From Gonapodya sp. JEL0774 (Eukaryota), in contig JADIIX010000161.1 in assembly GCA_027604505.1 (NCBI GenBank), forward strand, positions 1 to 44,834: a stretch of 44,834 bases of DNA, in the 5' to 3' direction. Each line of letters opens with the position of its first letter. The first letter of the stretch is position 1. Position numbers and translations under genes: made by a program. Below, in pieces: positions 26,029 to 37,900 of this stretch. The notes below the pieces were generated by a model. That model worked only from the letters and a program-made list of their open reading frames with translations. It was not told the DNA's origin and ran no database searches.

Positions 26029-27090
26029 TGGTTTCCTTGGCTCCTTTTAGGTGGTGATGTGGGGGAGTGGCATGGACCTTGCAGTAAGTACTACGTTTCC
26101 CAATCTCAAACAGTTCTCATGATCATCGTATGTAACAAACCGAACTTCTGTTGGGATAGCCAGATCTCATCTGATCCATTTCCGCAGGAGGAAAATCCAT
26201 CTTGCAGTGTGTACATGGGGACATCTTGCGAAAGTTTGTCAACATGGCAAACTACTGACGGTGAAGCAAAATGAGCTTTATATGCACATTCATCTCTATC
26301 ACTTCGCAGACGGCGTCTTCAGGCAGCTCTTACACTAGTAATGACACCACCAGAATGCACGGTCATTTGTTTCATCCAGACACCGAACAGGCTAAGCCGT
26401 TGGATCTCAATCACGCGTGGTAGTTCCAACTGACTTAAATGCCCCTATGATAGGGTCAAACTACCTCGCCAGGTTACGTAGTATTTTTGGGTCTGTGGCC
26501 ACATCAGTGATCCACATTGATGGTAACATTTCAGCCCCAGCCATGCGCAACTGATCATAACTTTTGTACGGTATGGAAGAATCTATTACATGCAGGAAGC
26601 CTTCTCATCGATACGGTACAACCTGCCCAAGCCCTCTCTTGGCACGCAACTCAAAACGTTTGTTGTGTGTCAAAGACCGAAGCACCTGGAGCCTGCACAA
26701 CCGCAGCCGTGCCACCCAAGGGGGAGCTCGAACACCAGCAAACCAACGCGAAATCACAGTTAACTACAAATAAATCTGGGCTCTCTGATACTAGGGAGTT
26801 CTAGTGCTGTGTCAGCATCAAATCGGACCTCTGGAACGGTTAAATACACCAAACCACGATGAGTTTTCGCAATTTAGCCGAAATTGCGGCCGTTAATGCT
26901 TTCTTATAGTTAGTTCTGTTAGGATTGATGTACTGGCTATTTCATTATTTTTGGCGGAGAGAAAAATTGAGCTTAGTTGGGTGATCGAGGGCTTGGACGA
27001 TCTCTTGTCAGGGTAGTGTATATCCACAATATATTTCCAACATAAAGGTTCTCTCGTTCAGCCTTTCCTTTTCTTCCCGCTTTCGTACAC

Positions 27091-30000
27091 ATGAAAGTTA
27101 CGCTTTCTCTTTGGAGTGGCGTCGCAGTCTCCGTCCTTCTGCTTGTTGTCGTCCTTGGTCCGACACACACAACAGCCGCTCCTTCCGCCGACTGCGCCTT
27201 TCTCGATGGCCTCGTATCTCAATCGAACACGAATGCTACTGCGATGAACTGGACTCTGGGCGGTGAATGCTGCGGCTGGACTGCGAAAAGCGCGCCATAT
27301 CCGCTGGTCAACTGCACTGCGGACGGGAGGGTGCGAGGGATCGATTGGTCGGACAGCAGCTATGGATTGAAGGGGCCTGTACCGTCGTTGAGTGCACTCC
27401 GCGCGCTGGAATATGTCGACTTTTCGGGAACTGACTTTAATGGTGAGTCGACGTCGAACGGCAGAGTGGAGGGGACTGAACTATAAAAGCGGCACAAGAA
27501 CTCCGAGGCCTGAGCGCGATAATACTGACCGACGACGCGAGCGAATCCGCGAATGTCGCGTCGACCCGAGACCGAGGCTGTCCGGCGAAAGCGAGGTACC
27601 CGGCTAAGGTGTTAGAGTAAGCTGCGCATATTCCCACTGTAAGCGAACGCACCACGGAGCAAAATACTCTTTGCTACATGCACAACTCTCTACACGTAAT
27701 CCAACACTGCGTCTATCTCTCCAAATTACAAACCGATCGTTTTACTATCCTCAACAAACTGGGGGACAGGTCCCTTACCCGATTTCTCAAACCTGACCAA
27801 CCTCACAACTGTCATTTTCGACAACTGCGAATTTACGGGATCTGATCTGCAACCGTTTCTGAGGAACCTGCCGAAGCTGAAAGTGCTCAGTATCGTTAAC
27901 AACAGTCTGTCGGGTCCTCTCCCAACCGATTTGGCAGGGGTGCCCAACTTAGAACAACTCGTTCTGAAATTGAACAGTTTCTCAGGTACACAGTACCCTG
28001 CATTACACCAACGAGTGAGCCAAATAAACAACATAATATCCGCGCTTCACCAGGACCACTTCCGCAATTCAACCATACGAACCTTCGCAACATTAATATC
28101 CACCTAAACCTATACGTGAATGGGACTTTGCCACGTTTTGATGGACTCCCCAACTTGGAGGTGAGATAAAAACGCACAATGCTGACTGCTTCGCGGGGTC
28201 ACTCAATTTGAGGATCGACACGTTTGCAGGAGCTTCACCTTGGCGACAATAGCTTTACGGGAACAATCCCACCGCTTCAAGTTATGCCACATTTGACCTG
28301 GTTCCAGGTCTCGCGGAATCAACTTGAAGGTATGTTTGGAGAAGGAGAGACGGCCTGTTACCGAACTCGTTCATAAAGTGAGCTTCTACTCTCTCCGCTA
28401 GGACCCATCCCAAACCTTACCGGGCTGGTTAATCTGACACGCCTGAAAGTCACTGCCAAGTAAGAAGCCCCGACTGCCTTGTGCATGGCATAAACAGAAT
28501 GCGTGCAATGAAATAATCACTTCGAAAATCTCTCCATCGCCTCGGACTCAGTACAAATCTGTCCGGGCCCCTTCCTGATTTTGCGAAACTGAACATAACA
28601 AAGCTTATAGTGAGTGAGAAGTTATTTAAAGGCGCGCATTTAACCGGAGCAATTTCAATCCCGTGCCTCGATGTCATCGTTCTGTAGCGCTTGATTGCAA
28701 CCAGAACCAAGCTCTCAGGACCGGTTCCGGACATGTCCCAGGCAAGTTATGGTTCAAAAGATCTTGAATTCTGATACCTCACCAATTTACACAACTGACA
28801 TCGTCGCCAGCTGAAATCTCTCGTCGCAGTAGAACTGAGTAACAACAATCTATCTGGGCCGGTCGACGGCAAGATCCCCTCCTCGGTCACTCGATGTTTC
28901 CTCACACTTGGTGGGACAAACCCAGGCTTGACGCAATGCACGTACAACGTTCCCGTTCCTTGCCGTGCGTCAGGTCAGAGCATCACGAAACAGCAGAATT
29001 GTCCGAGCCCGAAGCCGAATACTTCTGCTGCGGACTGGTGGGTAGATTTGTTGTTTCTTTCCAGGAGGCCCTTGAACACTCATCGACGTCCACTGGTTTC
29101 TGAAAAAAACTGTGTTTCAGCCAGATCCTCGCCGACTTCTTGGATCATTCGAACATCCCCGATGGGATCTTCTGGCTCAGGCCAGCTTGCTGCTCTCGTG
29201 ATGATACCGACACTCTTGTTGATTGCGACAACGCTGGGCGCGTTACTGGACTGCGATTCTCACAGATTGGGTTGCAAGGCAACATTTCCCAGGATCTTGC
29301 GAATTTGACAAAGCTCGAGTCATTAGATTTGTCTGACAATGGGTGAGCCCCCCTCTCTCTCAATTTTGGACGTCCAAACCACTTAGAAGATGAATACCAA
29401 TGATGACTTTTGCAACAGTTTGGGCGGGACCATCCCCGATCTGCGTAATCTACTTAACCTCAAATACGTAAATCTTGCAGGTATGCCGTGAATATGAATT
29501 GATGTGCAGCAGACGTGCAAACTCTTTGCACTCCCGGCGACACAATCCCTACAGGGAATCAACTCCAGGGTTCAATTGACGCAGTTCTCCCCACTAGTCT
29601 CTCATCTTGCACCCTTGACTCTACTGAATTCATCTCCTGCGACCAATCTTCCGTGCCCAAGGCTTGCTTGTCGACCGGCACACCGTTTGAGCCGGGCCCT
29701 ACGTGCCAGCCCTCGCACGCGAATATTGGGGCCGTCGCGGGATCATTGGTCGCAGTCGTGGCGGTCGTCACTGTCGTGGCGGGGTACTTGTATTTCAGGA
29801 ACGAGCGACGGCTCAAAACTAGGCGTGAGTTTTGTGCATTTTGACACCGGCTCAACCGATGCGTCAATCTGAATCGCGTAACCGTGTTATCCTCCATTGA
29901 TGCGGATGGAAGTCCTTACTGCGGAAACCCAAGTTCGTCAACTCAGCGCGAATCGCACATGAATGGGAAGCCGGTAAGACCGCACGGTTGGCGAATGCTG

Positions 30001-30869
30001 CGGAGGGAAGGGACTCCACTGACGCGGTGAGTCTGGGTGCATATGATTTGCGATTTTATCGGAACGCCGTGTGTGACGATTTCTTGTCGCCCGGGGATGT
30101 TCTAGTCCGGGCATTGGTTCTTCTTGCGTGTTGCGGGATATTCCAGCGAAGGATCTTTCTCTGCAAAGTACCAAGGAACTCCGTTTTTGGTCACGAGACC
30201 GGTAAGGCCGCATGCAGTTCGCCACGTCCTCGTTGGACATGTAACGATTGATTTGCAACCACTTTCCAGTATACGGCTGAGAACAACGACGAGGTAACCC
30301 TCGTGCCCGGCCAGTTCCTTCAACTTGTCGAGGTTTTCCGTGACGGGTGGGGTGAGCTGTTTTTTCCTTTCCTTCTTTCTTCAAGACGGTTCTGAACGAT
30401 GTACTCTTCGTTCGTTGTAACTAGGCGTCGGCACGAATCTCGACACCGACCATTACGGCGCGCTACCACTGTAAGGATTATTTCGTAAAGACAGAGCTTC
30501 ATCTGAAGTTTTCAATATTGCCTCTGTTTTTCTCCTCCAAACAGTGTCTGTCTCCGATTGGAGGACGCACTTCCCGACGTGCTCCGCGATCACCTCATGT
30601 TCGCCGCAAAAGTTGCGTCCGCTGCGGAAGAGCACCCCTGTGATCCAGGATCCATGGTTGTGAGCAACACGAGCAGCAACAAGACTGTGTTTGTGAGAGG
30701 GAATACTGCCATTGTGAGTTTTGAGTTGGGTTTATTCGCAAACTTGTGTTGGAGACGTTATCATGTTTCTCATCAATCTGACAATTTGTTGTGCATAAGA
30801 CTGTGCCGGGTGACGATTCTCTCGACATGCCTGAAGGAGACCTTTAATTTCGCAAATAATTGCAACTGA
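27091..30869 (+). CDS. Secreted-type LRR receptor-like membrane protein with cytoplasmic SH3 domain; 3' end approximate
   Basis: Signal peptide; Cys cap (CCGW..VNCTADGRV); LRRs of type LxxLxxLxLxxNxLSGxxP; second Cys cap plus LRRs from about 29140; TM helix AVAGSLVAVVAVVTVVAGYLYF; SH3 split over exons: VTRP|YTAENNDEVTLVPGQFLQLVEVFRDGWG|VGTNLDT..YGALPL|VCL. Confidence 0.8.
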
Positions 30870-31587
30870 CTCACACTTGGGAGGTGCGGCAGAGGATGAA
30901 AATTTTGTTTCATGAGTATCCTTCTTTATTATGTAATTTCAGTTTCTTTGTATATGCACATATTTGTCGTACGCATCTTGGACCTCCACAAGCCCACGCA
31001 CGCGCATTCTGGATCGGTACCGCGTCGGGAGACTGCGATCCGAGCCTTGAGGTCGCTCCTGCGGGTTGGGTCAACCGGTCGGGCCTTCGGATGAAGAATT
31101 GCAGTGGAACGACACGGCATGCGTGTCCGATGGACCGATAGGATAGTTTGTACGCAGCCTCTGAAATGTTATTCCGTCATATTACTGCCTTCGCATCGAT
31201 ACGGTACAATATTCATCTGAACAAGCCAAAACTTTCTCTCCAAACGCACCTCAAACGCTTTTTAAGAGCTACGAGGAGTCAATCCATTGCTCTGGATTTC
31301 GCAGTTTCGCAGGTGCCAGTGGCACGGGAAAAACCACTGCAGTGTGAGAAGCATGGGCGAGGGAAGTGTAGGATGCTGTGGTGATCTCTCTTGCCCCCCA
31401 CCTCTCGTTTTAAGGCCAGAAGGATTTCCAGGGAATGAACACTCGCCTGCATCGCATTTGCTCGGCCATTCTGAGTGGAAAGAACCACCCGCCTGGAAAA
31501 ACGACACTCGAATCGTTCCCATAATCCGAAATCTCTTCCTTGATCCCCCGCAATCTCCTCCGTCTTTTCTCGGCTGTGGCACCAGTA

Positions 31588-32592
31588 ATGGCTCTCGCCA
31601 CCATCGAAGTTCTCTTAGAACTCGCGCCGCATCCAAACGCCGATACTCTGGACCTCGCAACCGTCCTCGGTTACACTTGTATCGTCAAACGAGGCACCTT
31701 CAATGTCGGTGAGAAGGTCATCCTCATCCAGCCAGACACAGTACTTCCGGACGCACCATGGGCTGTAGTATACAAATCCAAATCGACCCGGGTCAAGGCT
31801 GTTCGTTTGAGGGGCGAGTGGTCGTTTGGGATCGTGGAGAAAATTGCAACGTGTCTGCCAGATTATGCTGGGCCCACGGACGAGGGAACAGACGTCACCG
31901 AGATCTTGGGTGTAACCAAGTATGAAGCGCCCGTCGCGGACGCCAACGCCAACGGCGACATGACTGCGCGTGGTGGACTACCGTTCTCCATCCCCAAAAC
32001 CGACGAGGAGCGATATCAGAGTCTCAAACGCCGACTGCCCTATGGTGAACTCGTCGATGTTACGCTCAAAGTGGATGGCCAGTCGTGGACGGCGTATGCT
32101 AAACTCCTGCCTGACGGTGAGGTGGCGACGGGGGTGACAGGCAGATCGGTGGATTTCGACACGGAGGCGGACAACGCGTACACCAGGATTGCGCGAAAGT
32201 ACAGGGTGTTGGAGAAGCTCAAGAACTATGCACTGCGAGTGGGCAAGTCTCTCGCCATTCGGGGCGAGTCGTACGGGGGAGGCATTCAAAAACTCAAGCA
32301 CAACCCCCACACCAACCTCGCACCCGACCTCGCCATATTCTCCGTGTACCTCATCGACGAGCGTCGCTACGCCAACAAAGGTCACCCATTGTATTTCACT
32401 GAGGTGGCGCGGGAGCTTGGCCTCCCCACCGTTCCTATTCTCGCCAAAGACGTTCCTTTGACACTGGAATTGTGCAAGCACTACGACGAAGAAATCGACA
32501 AGATTGATGGGAAAGCCTTTGAGGGGGTTGTGATGAAACATGCAAAAGGGTCTTTCAAGGTCATCAACAAGGCGAACGATTCCAAAAAGTAG
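31588..32592 (+). CDS. ATP-dependent RNA ligase, Rnl5 / DRB0094 family; intronless
   Basis: N-terminal module (LATIE...HPNADTL, LRGEWSFG), PKTDEER, and nucleotidyltransferase motifs I (TLKVDGQS), III (RGESYG..IQ), IIIa (IFSV), IV (FEGVV) and V (SFKVIN). Confidence 0.9.
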   Translation: MALATIEVLLELAPHPNADTLDLATVLGYTCIVKRGTFNVGEKVILIQPDTVLPDAPWAVVYKSKSTRVKAVRLRGEWSFGIVEKIATCLPDYAGPTDEGTDVTEILGVTKYEAPVADANANGDMTARGGLPFSIPKTDEERYQSLKRRLPYGELVDVTLKVDGQSWTAYAKLLPDGEVATGVTGRSVDFDTEADNAYTRIARKYRVLEKLKNYALRVGKSLAIRGESYGGGIQKLKHNPHTNLAPDLAIFSVYLIDERRYANKGHPLYFTEVARELGLPTVPILAKDVPLTLELCKHYDEEIDKIDGKAFEGVVMKHAKGSFKVINKANDSKK

Positions 32593-33240
32593 GGTATGAC
32601 ACTGAAGCGGCGCCAAATCCCGTGGACTGTAATTTCACTAAAAACTCAGACGACTGCAACTTTGATGGGATACTTACACATCTCTGATTTTATTTTATTC
32701 ACGTGTATTTTGGTGCCTTCTTACAATACGAAACTGTGGTCACACTTGATCAGCCAGCACCTCTGATCCTCCCCCGTCAACCCAGGCAGGTGAGCTTCCT
32801 TCCATCCCCATCATCGGCACTACAATCCACACTCTCCACACTCCAATCACCCGCTATTCCCAAGTTCCCGTGCGCCCCCTGAATATCCACAAGGATGTCT
32901 TCTTGCGTGTCAGCCGAGCTCCGCCTCCTCTCTTTGGTTTCGGGGCAACGAGTGGACATCCATTTCGCATTTCTGAGTCTGAGTGGATCATGTCGTGGTC
33001 GTGGTGCTCTAGGCCAAACAATGACGGGAGCGGACAGACGCAGACGATGGAGACGTGGAGAGCTGCGACGAACTGCGGAGTTTCGCTTTCCCTCACGATG
33101 ATACTGAGCGCACTTATCCTTTCTCTCCTACTTTCTTCATATCTTGCGGCTCGCATTGTCTCCACGCCCTTCCTATGGCCTCTGTTCACTCTCCGCAGTC
33201 GACTTCGAACTGCCACCAACCTGTATCACCTCATTCCAAA

Positions 33241-34632
33241 ATGTCTGAATTCTGGGTCTCGCAAAAGAGATACTGGTGCAAATACTGCGCGGTTTGGATT
33301 GCGGATAATAAGGCAGTGAGTACAGGAGCGCGCAGCTCTAACTGAGTTAGTGATGAGGGTGGCTCTGAAACCACCCCACTGATTGAAGCCGGTGGTGTGC
33401 TGAACGTTGGAAGGACAATCTGAGAAGTACGCAAAGTGCCTGGATCCGGAGTGTCTCTCGATCAGTAATTGTTCACCGTCGATTTCCGAGCCCTGAACAG
33501 CGCTAGTGCCATTGCCATTTCGTTGACTGGCACGCGGTTCATCGCTTGTCTTCATTCCATCCACCCTAATCACCAATTTCTTTCGTTCCTCTCGTCGTCC
33601 TCTGTTTCATCCGCCCTAGCAACGCACTCAACACGAAACCGGTCTCAAACACAAGGGCAACAAAGAACGCTTCATTCGGAACGTGGAAAGGAGGGAGAAA
33701 CACAATCAGATCGAGGAGGAAAAGACCAAGAGGATGTTGGAGAAAATGGAAAAGGTCCGTCGTGTGGTTGAGACCGTGCGGGGGAGAATTGGAGACGCGT
33801 GAGCGTTCCCGTAAGAGCTGTACAAGGATTACTTCATTCTTGCTGCATTCTCCGGAAGTGTTTCCGGCTGCACGCCGCGCACCGAAGTGCTCAATTGATC
33901 GTAAATTCCCTTCACTTTCTAACTCCTCGCTGCCGAAAACACCCGCACACCCTCCCGCCGCAGGATGCCGCCGCCCAATTCGCCGCCGACCTCGCCCTCC
34001 ACAAATCCCTCAACCCGTCCCCGCCACCCGACGACGCCCCCAAACCGTTCCACCGCGGCCCTCGCCTCGCACCCCCTAACCCCCACGAAACAGAGGCCGC
34101 TAAACGGTTGAAGACCAGGTACGATGTGAAGTACGATTTGAAGGATTACGGAATCGGACCGTCGGATACGAGCAATTTGACATTGGAGGAGCTACGCGGG
34201 GAAGGCGCAGGACTGGGGTACCCGCGGATCCCATACGGACGGCCGGAAGGGTCCGGTCAATATGGACTCGATGCTGACGGAAACGCTGTAGCACAACCGC
34301 CACCTATACCGGAGGATCCTCTTGGACCGTGGGTTGTAGTTGAATCTTCGCAGAACACTGGAGGAGTGGGGATGGGAGGTGGGAACGGAAGAGCGAAGAA
34401 GGAGCAAGTGCAGTACGGATTAGCAGCTGACCTTGTGGCTGCAGAGGCTGAGGAAGAACAAGATGGAGACTACAGGAACTTCAAGGTGAGGGAGAAGGTG
34501 TTGGAAGCTGAGGCTGAAAATCCTGATGGTGGAGATGCTGACAGCAAAGCATCCATTGGGGAAGCATTTCGCAAAAGGAGAGTGGCGGGTGGGGGAGGGA
34601 GAAATGTAAGGCGGAGGACTGAAGAAAGTTGA
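33241..34632 (+). CDS. U1/matrin-type zinc finger splicing-associated protein (WBP4/FBP21-like N-terminus)
   Basis: MSEFWVSQKRYWCKYCAVWIADNKA|QRTQHETGLKHKGNKERFIR, followed by a Pro/Gly-rich region and a basic C-terminus (FRKRR). No WW domain seen. Confidence 0.8.
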
Positions 34633-34976
34633 AGGATTTCATAGTGTCAGTGTAAACACGTATCGGAACATGACACTGCCCTCGGTGTTCCAAGACAGAA
34701 GACCCGAAATTTTCTTGGAAATTGTTTCGGGCCTACAACTTCGTTCCTTGAGACTCACTCGACTCTGACTCGCAGCTTCTCACTGCTATGTCAGCGAACG
34801 TACCCACTTTCCTGAATGCATTGTTGGCCTAATATATTCAGAGAAGAAGGGAAACATATATTCATTAGGAAATACATCAAATGGTCAGTTTTTGTTCAAT
34901 TGTGTGATCGTTGGTGGATGCCGGCCGGTGTTGTAGTGAGGAAGCTCCAGGCCGTCACATGGAGTTTGCTTCTCAA

Positions 34977-37900
34977 ATGTTCAGAAGAACCTCGCGCCAA
35001 CCGGATAGTTCAAAAGATGAAAATCCTTCGAGGGACAAAGCTAAGGAGCGGGACAAAGAGGTGAGCTGTTCTGATTGATTCAGCACATCCATTTCAACCC
35101 TCCGAGCTCACTCCCAATCCGTCAGACAGAGAAGAAGTTGGAGAAGCTTTTGAAAAAGGCTAAACCATTCTTCGACGAAAAACTCAAACCCAAAGCACGC
35201 CTCCAAGCCCTGTACTCGTTCTTGGGTGAGTTCACTCTGCGTCCTCGACGCGCTCACAGTCACATTCATTTTCCTTACCCCTACCCAGAGGCCGCTCAAG
35301 CTGCAAGAGACACTGAAAGTCAACGCAGATTCTTTGAGGACTATGATACCACTGTCTATACGGTCATGAGTGATGCTTTTTGGCATCAAGTCGATAAGAT
35401 TCGAGGTTCGAATATTTTTTTGAGACACTACTTCTTTCTTGACACACTTCATAATGTGAAAATCTGGAAATCTTCTCAGCTCTCGTCCAAAAGACTCCTG
35501 AAAGACCTCCGTTTGTTGGTACCAAGGGAGAGAAGGATTCCAAGGAGGTCGCAGACTTACTCCGGATATTGAACGTACTGAGGACTCTTCTCCTCTATTC
35601 GGCAAAGAAGTTTTCGAAAGGATGGATGCGCGGGAGTGTTGGTGAGTGGTCCCGGGGACACAACATGCCGCGTGTCTGACGGTTGACTGTTGGCCATTTC
35701 CACAGCGGTTATTCTTCGGACTCTTCTCCACCACGGCAATCACCCCAAAATCCGCTTGGAGGGTCTTCGCCTACTTCTGTATTGGTTGAACGACCAGGAA
35801 CATGACGTCCTGGTGCCCCCCGGCAGTGGTATATCTGCACCTTCCTTCGTGCCAGTTTCTGTAGCCAAACCAATCACTTTAGCGGCTCCATCCACTGATG
35901 CTGATGCTGTTACAGATATGCTGAGATTGTATGAGGATGCCATTCCACTTCAATGCTTTCAAGCTTGGCCTCTGCCTGAACCAGTGGAGGTCGCTCAAGG
36001 TGATGGGTTGGGTGGTTTTGTCATTGGTGGTAGGTTTGGCCATGTAGACGATGATTGTAGCCAAACCAAAACAGTGCGTGGAGGTGGATCATCTGAGAAT
36101 CCCAGCATACTGAAGAACTCTACATCTGAAGTGGCTTTACCTCAAAATGTTGTTGGAGGTGGGCCAATAATCCCTAGTAATTTTGGTCGTAGCAACAATT
36201 GAACATTTTTATCAGCAAAAGAAGCTAGTGTTCCACTCCTGCCGGGAGTTCTCAACTCTCAAACATCACGACTCTCCCAACAGCGGCAAGAATCGCTTGA
36301 ACTTTTGGAGGAGATTTTGTACAACTTCATCTTGCTGGCAAAGGCGGCAACAGATTCAACAAAGCTGAACAAGATCCGTATTGACACTGTTGGGGTTAAT
36401 GCTCGGACTTTGATGAATGAGTTGATCACTTCACCAGCAGCCTTCACAACAAATCCTTCTGTCAGTGCCCTCACAACAGCTGAACGTGCTGCAAAGACCA
36501 AATCTATTGTACTCTCATCTCCCAGCATTACACCTGTTGTCCTGCAGAATACAATATCAGAGCCAGCCCATTCTCGTTCTTCATCAGCTAATGAATCCCG
36601 GCCATCCTCTGTTGTGTCTGCCCACGAGGAAGTGGATGACAGCAAAGCAAATTCTGCACCACTGGTGGATAGTTTGGAAGATGTAGATGTGTCACTCCTC
36701 GGCAGTGCACTTAGTGCACAGCAGAATCTAAGCACCATGTGGGATTTATTCGCTAGAATTTATCTGAAATGGTTATTCCCAGGGTTGGCCAGACGAACCG
36801 GCATCAAGGTTGAAGAGGGAGAAGGTGGGTTCTTGGGAATCGATCTCTGTTGCACATATCAATGCATTTCTGTCGCACCCCTGGTTTAAGGATTCGCAAC
36901 ATGTCCCGCAGAAATTTTGAATGTGCTTGTTGGCTTTATTTTCCGCGTCTCTGCTGGTGCAGGGGAAGCTGATAAATTGCCAGTCTCACAAGCACTACAG
37001 GTGCAAGAGTTTGCAGGTTCTACAACAACACAAATTATAAGCAGACCAGTGTCCTTAGTTCTGAAACAACTCCTATTTGCCAATGAACACTGCCGTAATA
37101 TGGTTCATGAAATCATCCGACAGAGTCTGTTGGTGCCATGGAAGCACTACAGTGTGTGTGAACTTGGAATTGCAGTACTCCGTGAATGGATCCTTGCCAG
37201 GGTTGGTTAAGTGCCCTTTCAATTCCACAGTCAGGTTTCATTAATAGTTTCTGCATAGTCTGAAGATCGGCCTGTGTTCCTCCAAGATCCCATTTTAGCA
37301 GCTCAATACCATGTGCCTACCCATGATCCTATTTCCAAAACCCCAATTGTGAATTCCACAGCTTCTTTTCATGTAGATTCAGAAACAGCAACTGTCACAA
37401 CCCCAAATGACTTTCTCAAATGTTACATCCACTATGCCCGGATGGTTTTTTTAGAGAGGAAGGACTGTGCAGGTTTTTGGGATCAACAGGTTGGTTGCTT
37501 TTCAGTTACACAGCTACAGTAGCATGCTGTTTCTGACAGTTTGTGTTTCAGGCTATCCTATTCAAGAATGTAATAGACCTTTACCGAACCCTTACAATGC
37601 AAACATACATCGTACTTGATGAAGACACATGGTGGGCATTGCTGTTTTGGGAGCACTTTTCTAGGTTGATTATTTTTGCGGTTACAGGGAAACCCTGATG
37701 TTTGTTCTCTTAGAAATAGAACACCAGGTTCTTGCTCACAAGGTTGTCAAGCACTCTTTCATGGGTAGAGAGTCTTTGCAAGATGAAATGGCTTCTCTGC
37801 TTATTGAAGTAAGTGTAGTATTCTCCATGTCAGCAAACATCAATGTAGGCTAATTTTGGTCCCCAGACTATTCTTTGTTCCTGGATACGTTCTGGCACCC

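Noticed and set aside
26100..27050. Short hairpin (CCCTATGATAGGG near 26443) and small ORFs in the divergent intergenic region
   Set aside because: Too short to distinguish from chance; no tRNA or ncRNA structure recognised.
30870..31530. Short overlapping ORFs between the LRR gene and the ligase
   Set aside because: No motifs and no consistent exon chain.
7156..32592. RNase Z and RNA ligase as a linked RNA-repair system
   Set aside because: They are about 23 kb apart with unrelated housekeeping genes between; nothing in the sequence supports clustering.
32870..33240. Hydrophobic or Arg-rich short ORFs upstream of the zinc-finger gene
   Set aside because: No recognisable motif or splice support; consistent with pyrimidine-rich promoter/UTR sequence.
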